Shown: positions 18,901 to 27,088, counted from the first letter of the stretch. The stretch: 64,000 nucleotides of DNA from Candidatus Margulisiibacteriota bacterium (GCA_031274525.1 JAISQA010000077.1:1194-65193); one strand, 5' to 3'. Notes: generated by a model not told the origin, from the letters alone. Numbers and translations: made by a program.

Positions 18901-18942
18901 TATGGATTAGTGGATGATGATATAAAAATTGTTAATAAATGA
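15919..18942 (+). CDS. type IIG (MmeI-like) restriction-modification enzyme: N-terminal PD-(D/E)xK endonuclease fused to gamma-class N6-adenine DNA methyltransferase and target-recognition domain
   Basis: Endonuclease motif: SPDYCFTIYGQEKFFVEAKKP (D..E.K). MTase motif I: IVDPACGSGSFL. Motif IV: IGNPPY. Length of 1007 aa and domain order match the MmeI/Eco57I-type single-chain enzymes. Confidence 0.85.
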   Translation: MDKAAAKQSIAELVRRFGENIASYKNGVYNETQTRREFIDPFFEALGWDVDNKQGLAEAYKEVIHEYKIDNVKQDFRQSPDYCFTIYGQEKFFVEAKKPSVNIKQDVAPAYQVRSYAWSAGLPISIVTDFEEFAVYDCVPKPNARDKVETARIEYLTFREYIDKFDFLWDTFSKERVLQGSFDKYVAADKGNRGKETVGREFLKLIEEWRRSLANNIAANNDLSDEELNYAVQQTIDRIIFLIICEDRKIEPANRLKELAETPNIYKNLFRLFSEADEKYNSGLFDFRKDTISARIVIDDKKLKTLLDDLYNSPYQFSRIPVEILGSVYEQFLGKVIRKTKTAAVIDDKPEVKVAGGVFYTPQYVVNYIVRNTVGTVISGKTPAEISRIKIVDPACGSGSFLIGAYKYLLDYHQKYYLDNPKKNSPLTPAGELTTAEKKRILLNNLYGVDIDAQAVEVTKLSLLLQALDGETEASINTQLSLLKERVLPTLDNNIKCGNSLVSNEGTLFTVDNSVKPFDWKINFPAVFAQADRQCGRHAIAGRECPARQGGFDIVIGNPPYVKEYTARTAFEPVKNSHLARYYQGKMDLWYFFVCWGLDILKEKGLLSFIAPSNWITNAGASILRNKVLTETEIQRYFDFNDYKVFENAGIQTMIFCLQKKTPRRQYAFTYNKVTDKKIDETALKNVLMGSEKNPAIEQVKIRVQPEIMKDRLIAFVDASIDEILEKIIKASNYLLTEKNVAQGIVCPQDFVIKKHLEELKNSSIKEKDGVFIISSEELRKLKLSSAERKIIKPYYTTEQLHNYYGDDKNISWVIYSDMNVRKNIKDYPNIKAHLDKYKKIITSDFAPYGLHRAREQAFFEGKKIISLRKTARPCFTYTDFPCYVSQTYFSIKPQDINLKYLTGLLNSSLVNFWLYHKGKKQGEQLQVDKEPLLQIPIVKTDDKQVENTIIKCVDEIIALKKQLQGVSLANQKEQIENRIKFLENRIDEVVFKLYGLVDDDIKIVNK

Positions 18943-19472
18943 AGATGCGAAAAATTAAGAAATTTTTAAATAACCAATGGACAATAGGTATTGGTACTGG
19001 GCTTACAGTATCTTTTATCATCTTGATAATTAACTCGGTAATACAAAGAATAAGCATACTGCAAAGCATATATAGTATTTTGTCATTGATTATTAAGTTT
19101 GTTTGGTGTGTATTAACATTTGGCATTCCAGTATGGCTTTTAATTATAGTGGGTTTAACATTGATACTAATACTAAAAATTATCCCAGAGCCTCAAGAAC
19201 AATGGGAAAAATATACTCTTGGGTATTATAAAAACTGGCTTTTTGAATGGAGTTACGTTGAGGATGCGTTTGGTCAAACGAGGATTAATAACTTGCGACC
19301 TGTTTGTACCAAGTGTCGATGTGATTTATCAACAAATTATCATGAGCTCTATTGTCCTAAATGTTCTAATAAATACTATATACTAGAATCGAATACATTA
19401 AGTGATTTGGAAAAAGTTATTATTGGAAATCTAAAAACCGGAGAATATAAATTAATAGATAAAAAGGAGTGA
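18939..19472 (+). CDS. small membrane protein (3 predicted TM helices) with C-terminal CxxC...CxxC zinc-ribbon
   Basis: Start ATG overlaps the RM stop codon (ATGA). Hydrophobic segments: IGIGTGLTVSFIILIINSVI, ILSLIIKFVWCVLTFGIPVWLLIIVGLTLILILKII. C-terminal CTKCRC...CPKC. Confidence 0.5.
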   Translation: MKMRKIKKFLNNQWTIGIGTGLTVSFIILIINSVIQRISILQSIYSILSLIIKFVWCVLTFGIPVWLLIIVGLTLILILKIIPEPQEQWEKYTLGYYKNWLFEWSYVEDAFGQTRINNLRPVCTKCRCDLSTNYHELYCPKCSNKYYILESNTLSDLEKVIIGNLKTGEYKLIDKKE

Positions 19473-19479
19473 TTTTAGT

Positions 19480-20502
19480 ATGTCTAAGAAAATACCAATA
19501 ATTGGCTACACTCACTTCTTCCAAGACATTAAACAGCGTATTAAATCCGCTCAATATGAAGCCTTAAAATCTGTAAATAAAGAGATGATTCGACTGTACT
19601 GGGACATTGGTAAAAAAATTGTAGATAGTCAGCAAAAACACGGCTGGGGAAAATCGATTGTGGAATCTTTGGCTAAAGATTTACAAGCTGAATTTTCTGG
19701 TATTTCTGGTTTTTCAGCAGATAATTTGTGGCGTATGCGGAAATTCTATCTGAATTATAAAAATAAGCCAAAACTTGCACCATTGGTGCAAGAAATTGCC
19801 TGGGCGCATAACATTGTTATCCTAGAGAAATGCAAAGACGATCTAGCTAGAGAATTTTATATCCGTATGACAAAGAAGTTTGGCTGGACGAAAAATGTAC
19901 TTATTCATCAGATTGAGAATCAGAGTTATGAGAAAACTTTGTTAAATCAAACAAATTTTAGTAAGACCTTACCAGCTAAGATAAAAGGACAGGCACAACT
20001 TGCTGTCCGTGATGAATATACTTTTGACTTTCTGGAATTATCAGATGAACACAGAGAAAAAGATCTTGAACGAGCAATGATAGCCAAAGTAAATCAATTT
20101 CTGATCGAAATGGGTGGTGCCTTTGCCTTCATGGGTAATCAATATCGATTAGAAATAGACGGTGAAGAATATTTTATAGATTTATTATTGTATCATCGCC
20201 GATTGAAATGTTTAGTGGCAATAGAATTAAAAATCGGCAAATTTTTACCGGAATATGTCGGGAAGATGCAGTTTTATCTCTCGGCATTAGATAATGTTAT
20301 TAAAGAAAAAACCGAAAATCCGTCTATCGGAATAATCTTATGCAAAGAGAAAAATCGCACTATTGTTGAATATGCGCTAAAAAATAGCAGAAAACCTATT
20401 GCCGTGGCAAATTATCGAATAACATCAACCCTGCCCAAAGAATTACGCAAAGAACTTCCGGCGCCGGATCAAATCAGACAGATTTTAGAAAAGATGCAAT
20501 AA
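19480..20502 (+). CDS. DUF1016/YhcG-family PD-(D/E)xK nuclease
   Basis: C-terminal YFIDLLLYHRRLKCLVAIELKIGKFLPEYVGKMQFYLSALD matches the YhcG/DUF1016 nuclease core (D..ELK). The N-terminal helical domain is typical of the family. Confidence 0.75.
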   Translation: MSKKIPIIGYTHFFQDIKQRIKSAQYEALKSVNKEMIRLYWDIGKKIVDSQQKHGWGKSIVESLAKDLQAEFSGISGFSADNLWRMRKFYLNYKNKPKLAPLVQEIAWAHNIVILEKCKDDLAREFYIRMTKKFGWTKNVLIHQIENQSYEKTLLNQTNFSKTLPAKIKGQAQLAVRDEYTFDFLELSDEHREKDLERAMIAKVNQFLIEMGGAFAFMGNQYRLEIDGEEYFIDLLLYHRRLKCLVAIELKIGKFLPEYVGKMQFYLSALDNVIKEKTENPSIGIILCKEKNRTIVEYALKNSRKPIAVANYRITSTLPKELRKELPAPDQIRQILEKMQ

Positions 20503-20521
20503 TTTATAAGAGGATAATTCA

Positions 20522-21688
20522 ATGGACAAAGTATTATTATATTATCGGCAATATAAAGATGCACCAGAATATATTTTAGCCGAGTATATTTCCACAAGAA
20601 AAATAAAGATAAGTTTTTATAAAAGAAGTCCGTGGTATTTCGAATATGAAGATGAGCAGGATTATAAAACGATGGATTATTCCTGCACATTTAAGAATAA
20701 AGATGCTACAAAATTTATAAGCCTGTTTACCAAGAATAAAAACCCGCAAGAGTTTTTACAAAGGCTCAAAGCAAAGTTTGCCAAAAGTACTTCACTGGAA
20801 AATATCTTAGAGTTTGCAGATAAACATAAGATAAATTATAAACTTTATGATAATTACTACCCGGAATGGCCAGAAAATATATTTCCATTAGATTATAGAT
20901 ATAAAAAACTCTATGACGAAAAAGGTCAATTTGTTATTCCAGAATTATACGAACCGCCTCAAAATGGTATCAGAAAACTCTTCGATTCTCGTGGAAACTT
21001 ATTTCTAGAAGCCAATTATGTACAAGGCAAGAAAAATGGTTTGTGTACTATATATGAGAATAATAAGATTAAGAAAGAGCGTTATTATGTAGACGATTTA
21101 TTGAGTGGTGTCTATAAAGAATATCATTCAAACGGTAAAGTCAAAATTGAGATGCTTTATACAAATGGTAATCGTGATGGTTTCGCTAAAGAGTACCATC
21201 CAAATGGTCGTATAAAACTGGATTCTTTTTTCAAAGATGATTTACAGGAATGTGTTTCAAACGAATACTATGACAATGGGAAATTAAAACTGGAATCAAC
21301 CTGGGCACGAGATAAAAGCGAAGGCGTAGTAATCACCTACGATATAAATGGAAATATTGAAAGTAAACTGCCTCGCAAGCACGGAAAATTAGACGGTGTA
21401 ATAAGAGATTATTATCCCAATGGTAAATTAAAGTGGGTAGAGGATTATAAAAAAGGACAAAGACACGGTAAGTCTATTAAGTATTATAAATCTGGTAAAA
21501 TAGCGTGTATACAGCATTGGCGTAATGACAAGAAGCGTAATAGCCTCGGCTATTACCAAAATGGAAATGTTTATTATAAATTTTTATTTGATAAAAACGG
21601 CAAAAGACACGGCACATCAAAAACCTATCATAAAAGCGGTAAAATACGAACAATAACAATATACAAAAATGGTAAAGTTGATGATTAG
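20522..21688 (+). CDS. MORN-variant (YwqK-family) repeat protein with a 150-aa unassigned N-terminal domain
   Basis: About 10 tandem repeats of the form Y..NGK.K.E..Y..GK..G....Y (e.g. YYPNGKLKWVEDYKKGQRHGKSIKYYKSGK). Confidence 0.65.
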   Translation: MDKVLLYYRQYKDAPEYILAEYISTRKIKISFYKRSPWYFEYEDEQDYKTMDYSCTFKNKDATKFISLFTKNKNPQEFLQRLKAKFAKSTSLENILEFADKHKINYKLYDNYYPEWPENIFPLDYRYKKLYDEKGQFVIPELYEPPQNGIRKLFDSRGNLFLEANYVQGKKNGLCTIYENNKIKKERYYVDDLLSGVYKEYHSNGKVKIEMLYTNGNRDGFAKEYHPNGRIKLDSFFKDDLQECVSNEYYDNGKLKLESTWARDKSEGVVITYDINGNIESKLPRKHGKLDGVIRDYYPNGKLKWVEDYKKGQRHGKSIKYYKSGKIACIQHWRNDKKRNSLGYYQNGNVYYKFLFDKNGKRHGTSKTYHKSGKIRTITIYKNGKVDD

Positions 21689-21711
21689 ATTTCAAATAGG
21701 AAATATAAATA

Positions 21712-22626
21712 ATGGCATTATTTAAGATAAATAATTTAAGCGTCGAGAAACTATCTGCCAGCCGGCCTGATCTAGAGCGTAGTTTACAGAAGCTCTTTGA
21801 AAACAATTTAGAAGAAATCCTAAATATTATTTTTCTAGCGCACGAATATACAACGAGTTTTGGCGGTAGGATTGATACTCTTGGCATAGATAAGAACGGA
21901 GCCCCTTGTATAATTGAATATAAAAAAACTAAAGATGATAATGTTATTAATCAAGGGTTGTCTTACTTGCGCTGGTTGCTTGACCATAAAGCTGATTTCG
22001 AAAAACTATGTAAAACTCATAAAGTAAATACTGATATTGATTGGGATTCACCGCGAGTTATTTGTATTGCTGAAAGTTATAATAAATTTGATATTGATAC
22101 AGCAGATATTTTACCGATTAAGATTGAATTGTTATGTTATAAACTTTATGAGGATAATATCTTATATATTGAGGCAGAAAATCATCAGAAAGTAAAAATT
22201 TCTACATCTGGCATAACAAAAAAAGCTAAACAATATAAAGAACAGGCCGAACATTTACAAAAGATTTATTCTATTGATGATCACCTCATTGGGATTAATA
22301 AGCAAACTAAAGAGTTATTTTATAACTTACGTGAAAAAATTATCTCGCTTGATAAAAACATTGTTGAGGAGGCAAAAGCTAAATATATTGCCTATAAAAC
22401 AGCAACAAATTTCACGGATATTGTGATTCAACGATCCGGATTGAAAATATTTATAAATATCAAAAGCGGACAACTTATTGATCCACAAGGATTGGCGCGT
22501 GATTTAACAAAACCAAAACATATCGGACATTGGGGGAATGGTGATTATGAAACAACTCTTGAAAAAGAAAATGAACTTGAAACAGTTTTTGCTTTAATCA
22601 AACAAGGATATGATTTAAATAAATAG
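21712..22626 (+). CDS. NucS/DUF91-like PD-(D/E)xK nuclease-fold protein with a C-terminal domain shared with the Bro-N protein at 33690..34319 (DUF5655-like)
   Basis: GRIDTLGIDKNGAPCIIEYKK..VINQGLSYLRWL fits the RecB-like core of NucS/DUF91. The C-terminal KAKYIAYKTATNF...HIGHWGNGDYETTLE aligns with the C-terminus of the 33690..34319 protein. Confidence 0.5.
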   Translation: MALFKINNLSVEKLSASRPDLERSLQKLFENNLEEILNIIFLAHEYTTSFGGRIDTLGIDKNGAPCIIEYKKTKDDNVINQGLSYLRWLLDHKADFEKLCKTHKVNTDIDWDSPRVICIAESYNKFDIDTADILPIKIELLCYKLYEDNILYIEAENHQKVKISTSGITKKAKQYKEQAEHLQKIYSIDDHLIGINKQTKELFYNLREKIISLDKNIVEEAKAKYIAYKTATNFTDIVIQRSGLKIFINIKSGQLIDPQGLARDLTKPKHIGHWGNGDYETTLEKENELETVFALIKQGYDLNK

Positions 22627-22793
22627 ATAAAAATTTCACTTTTTATTTACAAGTAGCTCACAAACACTCACGTCAAGGGTAATACAGAGCGACTAAAACT
22701 GCCCGGAAATCCGTGGAACAAAATTGTTTCGGGGATAATTCCGGGAAGTTAAAACGCCTGTAAATTCGCGCCATTTCCTCTATAATATCTGAC

Positions 22794-23234
22794 ATGCAAA
22801 CCCTCGCGCTGGCCGCCGATCACGGCGGATTTGAGTTAAAAGAAATTATCAAACAATTCCTGCAGGATGCAGGCGCTTATCAAATCCTCGATCTGGGCAC
22901 GAATTCCGCGGATCCCGTAGACTATCCCGCCTACGGCCGCAAAGCCGCGGAAGCGGTGGCCGGCGGACAGGCCGAGCGCGGGATAATATTCTGCGGCACC
23001 GGTATCGGGATCTCTATCGCCGCCAACAAAGTTAAGGGCATACGCGCGGCCAATTGCCTTACGGAATTTATGGCGGAGATGTCCCGCCGCCACAATGACG
23101 CCAATATTCTGGCGCTGGGCGGGCGCACTGTCGAACCGGAGCTGGCCCAAAAAATTGTCAAAGTCTGGCTGAACACGCCGTTTGCGGGCGGCCGCCATGA
23201 GCGGCGGGTCAAACAGCTTGACGCGCTGGACTGA
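22794..23234 (+). CDS. rpiB: ribose-5-phosphate isomerase B
   Basis: 146 aa with RpiB/LacAB motifs: HGGFELKE, IFCGTGIGISIAANK, and the C-terminal segment. Confidence 0.85.
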   Translation: MQTLALAADHGGFELKEIIKQFLQDAGAYQILDLGTNSADPVDYPAYGRKAAEAVAGGQAERGIIFCGTGIGISIAANKVKGIRAANCLTEFMAEMSRRHNDANILALGGRTVEPELAQKIVKVWLNTPFAGGRHERRVKQLDALD

Positions 23235-24720
23235 CCGCCGCGGCAGGAGCGGCCGGCTGCGCCTGTTTTACCGCCGGTAGTTTAATGGTGAAGGTCGTGC
23301 CGAAATTCACTTCGGATTCTACCTTAATGGCCCCGCCGTGTTCCTCGACGATCTTGCGCGCAATGGACAGGCCAAGTCCGGTGCCCTTTTGTTTAGTCGT
23401 GAAGAACGGCTGAAACAATTTTTCCTGATCCTCTCTGGAGATGCCGCCGCCGTTGTCTTTAACCATTATGTACACCGACCGGTCGGTCTGTCTGGCGCTC
23501 AGTTCCACATAGCCCTTGAACGGCCGGCCCGGCGGCATGGCCTGAATAGCATTGAGCAGCATATTGAGAATGACCTGCATAAATTTCTGCGTGTCGGCTC
23601 TGACCCGCACGCCGTCCTCGATGTTCAGCGCAATCTCCACATTTTCCCGGCGCGCCTGAGCTTTCACCAGTTTAAAAATTTTCTCCGCAATGTCCGTAAA
23701 ATTAACCGTCTGCATCTTGATCTCCGGCGTCCGCGCAAAACTTAAAAATTCCTCGATTATGGTCTCCAGCCGGCCGATCTCCGCGCCGATAATTGGCCCG
23801 AATTCGTCCCAGAACTGCCGGCTGCCTTTGTGCTCTTCCATCAGCTGGGTGAACATCTTCAGCGCGGTCAGGGGATTTTTTATCTCATGCGCTATGCCGG
23901 CGACCATGGTGCCCAGCGAGGACACGCGGTTTAAGCGCGTCAATTCCTTGATCTTCTCTCTGGCGTCAGCATACAGCCCGGCATTCTCAATAGCCACGGC
24001 CAGCTGTCCGGCCAGCGTCATCAAGAGCGCCATATTTAAATTGTGCAGCGGCCGTTTGGACAGCACATTGTCTATGGTCAAAAGGCCGATGACTTTTTCT
24101 TTCGCCTGCATCGGCACGGCCACATAGGTGTCGGCGCCCAGCCGTTTGACATACTCGGTGTTATAGGTGGGATGCGGCACCAGCACCGGATTGCCCGCTT
24201 TGAAGATCCGACCCAGCACGGAATTGTCAACCTGCAGTACCATGCCGCTGAAATCCTGAGCCTGCTGCTGGCCGGCCGCATAGCCCGCCGCGGAACGCAG
24301 CTCCTTGCGCTGCTCGTCATAGAGAAAAAGGATGCCCCGATCCACCTTAACCGCCCGGAGCACCGTCTGAATAACGCTGCTGTATATCTCCTGAATATCC
24401 AGCGTCGAATTAACCAGCCGCGACACTTCCAGCAGCATGGTCAATTCCCCCACCCGTTTTTGGGAGGTCTGGAGCAGGCGGATTATCTGCAAGACCAGCG
24501 CTGCGATCAGGGCGGTCAGGCCGACGGCCAGCGCAAAATATTCCAGCCGGTGCCGCAGCAAAGCCGCGCTGTAAAAAAGCGCCCCGCTATAGGCCAGCGC
24601 CAGCAGGCCAAGCAGGATAAAATCGCGCAAATTAGGCTGGACTTTGTGCTGTAAAGAAGTAAGCGGACGCATAATCCCCCCGAATAAATTATTATACCAT
24701 ACCATATAATACGCGTACAA
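23209..24720 (-). CDS. GAF-domain sensor histidine kinase (membrane-anchored, HisKA + HATPase_c)
   Basis: Two N-terminal TM segments, a GAF-like region and an H-box IAHEIKNPLTAL. The N, G1 and G2 boxes are present: NMLLNAIQAM, DNGGGI, GTGLGL. Confidence 0.8.
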   Translation of the reverse strand: MYAYYMVWYNNLFGGIMRPLTSLQHKVQPNLRDFILLGLLALAYSGALFYSAALLRHRLEYFALAVGLTALIAALVLQIIRLLQTSQKRVGELTMLLEVSRLVNSTLDIQEIYSSVIQTVLRAVKVDRGILFLYDEQRKELRSAAGYAAGQQQAQDFSGMVLQVDNSVLGRIFKAGNPVLVPHPTYNTEYVKRLGADTYVAVPMQAKEKVIGLLTIDNVLSKRPLHNLNMALLMTLAGQLAVAIENAGLYADAREKIKELTRLNRVSSLGTMVAGIAHEIKNPLTALKMFTQLMEEHKGSRQFWDEFGPIIGAEIGRLETIIEEFLSFARTPEIKMQTVNFTDIAEKIFKLVKAQARRENVEIALNIEDGVRVRADTQKFMQVILNMLLNAIQAMPPGRPFKGYVELSARQTDRSVYIMVKDNGGGISREDQEKLFQPFFTTKQKGTGLGLSIARKIVEEHGGAIKVESEVNFGTTFTIKLPAVKQAQPAAPAAAVSPARQAV

Positions 24721-24895
24721 TAAGAAAGTATAATTTAACAGGAACTTAGTAAAAATTAACTGTTATCTGCATGGCTATTTTTTTTATATTTACCCGGTTA
24801 TTGCTATTGACAAAAACAGGTTTTATTATATAATCTATTAGAAATAATTATTAGATATATTTACATTGTATTTAAAATTATTTCCTGTTATAATT

Positions 24896-24924
24896 AATTA
24901 AACAATTAATTAAGTTGTTTAATT
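24896..24924 (+). promoter_or_regulatory. 29-bp near-perfect palindrome (AATTAAACAA-TTAATTAA-G-TTGTTTAATT), candidate operator for the downstream RHH gene
   Basis: The 10-bp arms are exact reverse complements. The central TTAATTAA is itself palindromic. It lies 45 nt upstream of the ATG at 24969 within a very AT-rich 250-bp intergenic region. Confidence 0.4.
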
Positions 24925-24968
24925 ATTTAATGACCGGTGCGCTGCGGTCATTGCAGACAGGAGAGGTT

Positions 24969-25199
24969 ATGAGCAAGATTTTGTATGTATCTGATGAACT
25001 GCATCAGAAATTAAAATTTCTGGCGACCAAACTGGGAATTACGATGCAGGAGGCGACGGACGAGGCGATCGCGCGCTGGATCAGACAGCGGGAGAGCGAG
25101 GAAAAACAAAAAGAGCTTTTGCTGAACCGCATCGAGCAAAAACTCAGCAGCGAGGAAAAGCGGCTTCTGGAAGCGCTCCTCAGTAAACGCAACAATTAG
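24969..25199 (+). CDS. small ribbon-helix-helix-like DNA-binding protein (CopG/Arc-type) with charged coiled C-terminus
   Basis: AGGAGAG Shine-Dalgarno before the ATG. The N-terminal KILYVSDELHQKLKFLATKLGITMQEATDEAIARWI pattern is a beta-strand followed by two helices. Confidence 0.45.
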   Translation: MSKILYVSDELHQKLKFLATKLGITMQEATDEAIARWIRQRESEEKQKELLLNRIEQKLSSEEKRLLEALLSKRNN

Positions 25200-25233
25200 C
25201 TTATCTCTTTTTCGGGGGGAAAGGAGATAAAAT

Positions 25234-25266
25234 AAAAAACCCGGCTGGTTTAGCCGGGTTTTTTTT
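25234..25266. terminator. bidirectional rho-independent terminator
   Basis: An A6 run, then CCCGGCT-GGTTT-AGCCGGG hairpin, then a T8 run, between two convergent genes. Confidence 0.75.
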
Positions 25267-25284
25267 AACTTAATCCTCCGGCCG

Positions 25285-25941
25285 TTAATTAATGGTCTTG
25301 CCCGCCAGCCTGCCGTACAGATACGCCGAGGCATAGAAAGACACCGGCAGAGTGAAGAGCAAACCAAGGCCCAGACACAACAGGCCGGCTAAATTAAAAA
25401 TACCGATCGCCAGACTCCAGAGGAAAACAGGCCAGCGCTGACCGGATACCAGTTTACGGCTGGCCGCCAGCGCCTGGGTTACAGAAAGTTTTTTGTCGAT
25501 AACCAGCAGCGGAGCGAAAGCATACGTGATAGTCCAGACCAGACCGGGGATGACCAGCAGTATATAGCCGCCCAGTATGATCAAGGAGTATAAGATATTC
25601 GTGCCCAGCATAGTCCAGAAATATTTTAAATCAGCCCAGGAAAAATATTTCAGCGCCGGCTTCTGTCCGTTCAGCACAGCCAGCAGGATTTTGATCCAGC
25701 CAATGCTGATCAAAACGTTCACCACAATGCTGAACAGGCAGATAATCAGGCCAAAAATACCGGTCAACACCTGCAGCACACAAAGCAACCAGACCACCGC
25801 CTCGCAAAGCACCGCAAGGCCGATAGTGGGCCAGAAAAATTCCCCGGTTTTCTTCATCCCGTAACTAAACGAATCCGCGATCGAAAACTTCCAGCCGCCG
25901 CTGGTTTGCACCGCAGCTTCTTGCCCTGATTTTTTTACCAT
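25285..25941 (-). CDS. DUF975-like integral membrane protein
   Basis: Five or six hydrophobic helices. I take the start at the internal ATG (MVKKSGQE, 25941), because the longer ORF would run through the 3' end of the upstream gene. Confidence 0.45.
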   Translation of the reverse strand: MVKKSGQEAAVQTSGGWKFSIADSFSYGMKKTGEFFWPTIGLAVLCEAVVWLLCVLQVLTGIFGLIICLFSIVVNVLISIGWIKILLAVLNGQKPALKYFSWADLKYFWTMLGTNILYSLIILGGYILLVIPGLVWTITYAFAPLLVIDKKLSVTQALAASRKLVSGQRWPVFLWSLAIGIFNLAGLLCLGLGLLFTLPVSFYASAYLYGRLAGKTIN

Positions 25942-26083
25942 GTCCGCCTCCTTAGTAAAACTACTAATTTTAACAGATAATTTTATTTTGACAAATTTTA
26001 GCTTATTCCCGGTTGCGTTACCCAAGAGGGAAAGAGCCCCCGAATTCCCGCCCAACCGCTTCCGGCAGCGGCGGGGATTCCCC

Positions 26084-27088
26084 TCAGCCCTCAGACTTCG
26101 GGGCGCCGGCCGCCGCCGGAGCATTTCTACCGCCGATATAAAGTTTGTTATTCTCAAACATGAAAGCTCTGACCGTCCAGCTGGTGTCCGTCGGGTTTTT
26201 CTCGATAAACTCGTCAAAACCGACCAGCTTGGCGTCGATATTGTCTATATGATGCAGAGCAATGGCTTCTTTGGTCAGCGGGGTTTTGGGCGAGCCAAAT
26301 TCCGGCAGACCGTGATGCGCAAGGATCATGTGCTCCAGCAGCAATTTTTTCTGCGCGGGAAAATCCGGCAGCGCGGCCAGCTTTTCCTGCAGGATCTGCA
26401 CGCCAATCACGATATGCCCGACCAGACCGCCGGCATCTGTATAATCAAAGCTCAGCCGGGATTCCCCGGCCCGCGGATAACTCAACTCGCGCGTCTTGCC
26501 GATGTCATGCAGAAAAACACCGAGCAGCAATAAGTCCCGGTCCAGCGGGTACTGTCCGGCCAAAAACACCGCCAGCTCCAGCAGCGCGGCGGTATGCTCC
26601 AGCAGGCCGCCGAGACAGGCGGAGTGCAGATCCTTCGCCGCCGGCGCTCTGGCAAAGTCCGCCAGCAGCTCCCTGTCGCTCAAAAACAAAGCCGTTAATT
26701 TCTTGAGATCCGGATCGGTGATAGAGCCCAGAATATCTTTTACTTTTTGCAGGGTCTGCGGAATGTCTTTTTTGGTCTGCCGGATAAAATCCGCCAGTTC
26801 AACCTCGCCCTCCGCGGCCAGCCGGAGCTTTTCCACATTGAACTGTTTTTTGCCCTTGTACTCGCCCAGCGCGCCGCGGACTTTTACAAAAATATTTTCT
26901 TTGAGCTGCGGGAACAATTCGGCGTATTCTTTCCAGAGATTGGCATCGATCTCGCCGCTGGCGTCGGCCAGCCGCAGGACCAGATAGGGATCACCGGTCT
27001 TGGTCACGCGCTCCTGTTTTTGCACGACGAGCAAAAAAGTTTCCGCTGGTTCGTTTAGCTTCAGTTCTTTGAGCATGGGTTTAGGCAT
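26084..27088 (-). CDS. yhaM: 3'-5' exoribonuclease YhaM (OB-fold + HD domain)
   Basis: N-terminal OB-fold (DPYLVLRLADASGEIDANLW) and HD motif (LLGVFLHDIGK..HH). At 334 aa the length is typical. Confidence 0.8.
   Translation of the reverse strand: MPKPMLKELKLNEPAETFLLVVQKQERVTKTGDPYLVLRLADASGEIDANLWKEYAELFPQLKENIFVKVRGALGEYKGKKQFNVEKLRLAAEGEVELADFIRQTKKDIPQTLQKVKDILGSITDPDLKKLTALFLSDRELLADFARAPAAKDLHSACLGGLLEHTAALLELAVFLAGQYPLDRDLLLLGVFLHDIGKTRELSYPRAGESRLSFDYTDAGGLVGHIVIGVQILQEKLAALPDFPAQKKLLLEHMILAHHGLPEFGSPKTPLTKEAIALHHIDNIDAKLVGFDEFIEKNPTDTSWTVRAFMFENNKLYIGGRNAPAAAGAPKSEG

Larger units (their letters stand above)
15784..22790 (+). other. AT-rich accessory island inserted 3' of tRNA-Gly (putative defence island, no integrase or att duplication found)
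   Basis: There is an abrupt shift to AT-rich sequence and Lys/Asn/Ile/Tyr-rich codon usage from the tRNA 3' end to just before rpiB. All five genes are co-oriented. The flanking efp and rpiB are GC-rich core genes. Confidence 0.55.

Noticed and set aside
22627-22793. Search for a duplicated tRNA-Gly 3' end (att site) at the far end of the AT-rich island
   Set aside because: I found no match of 9 nt or more to GGTTCGAGCCCGATAGCCCGCTCCA by eye. The island is therefore reported without a defined att boundary.
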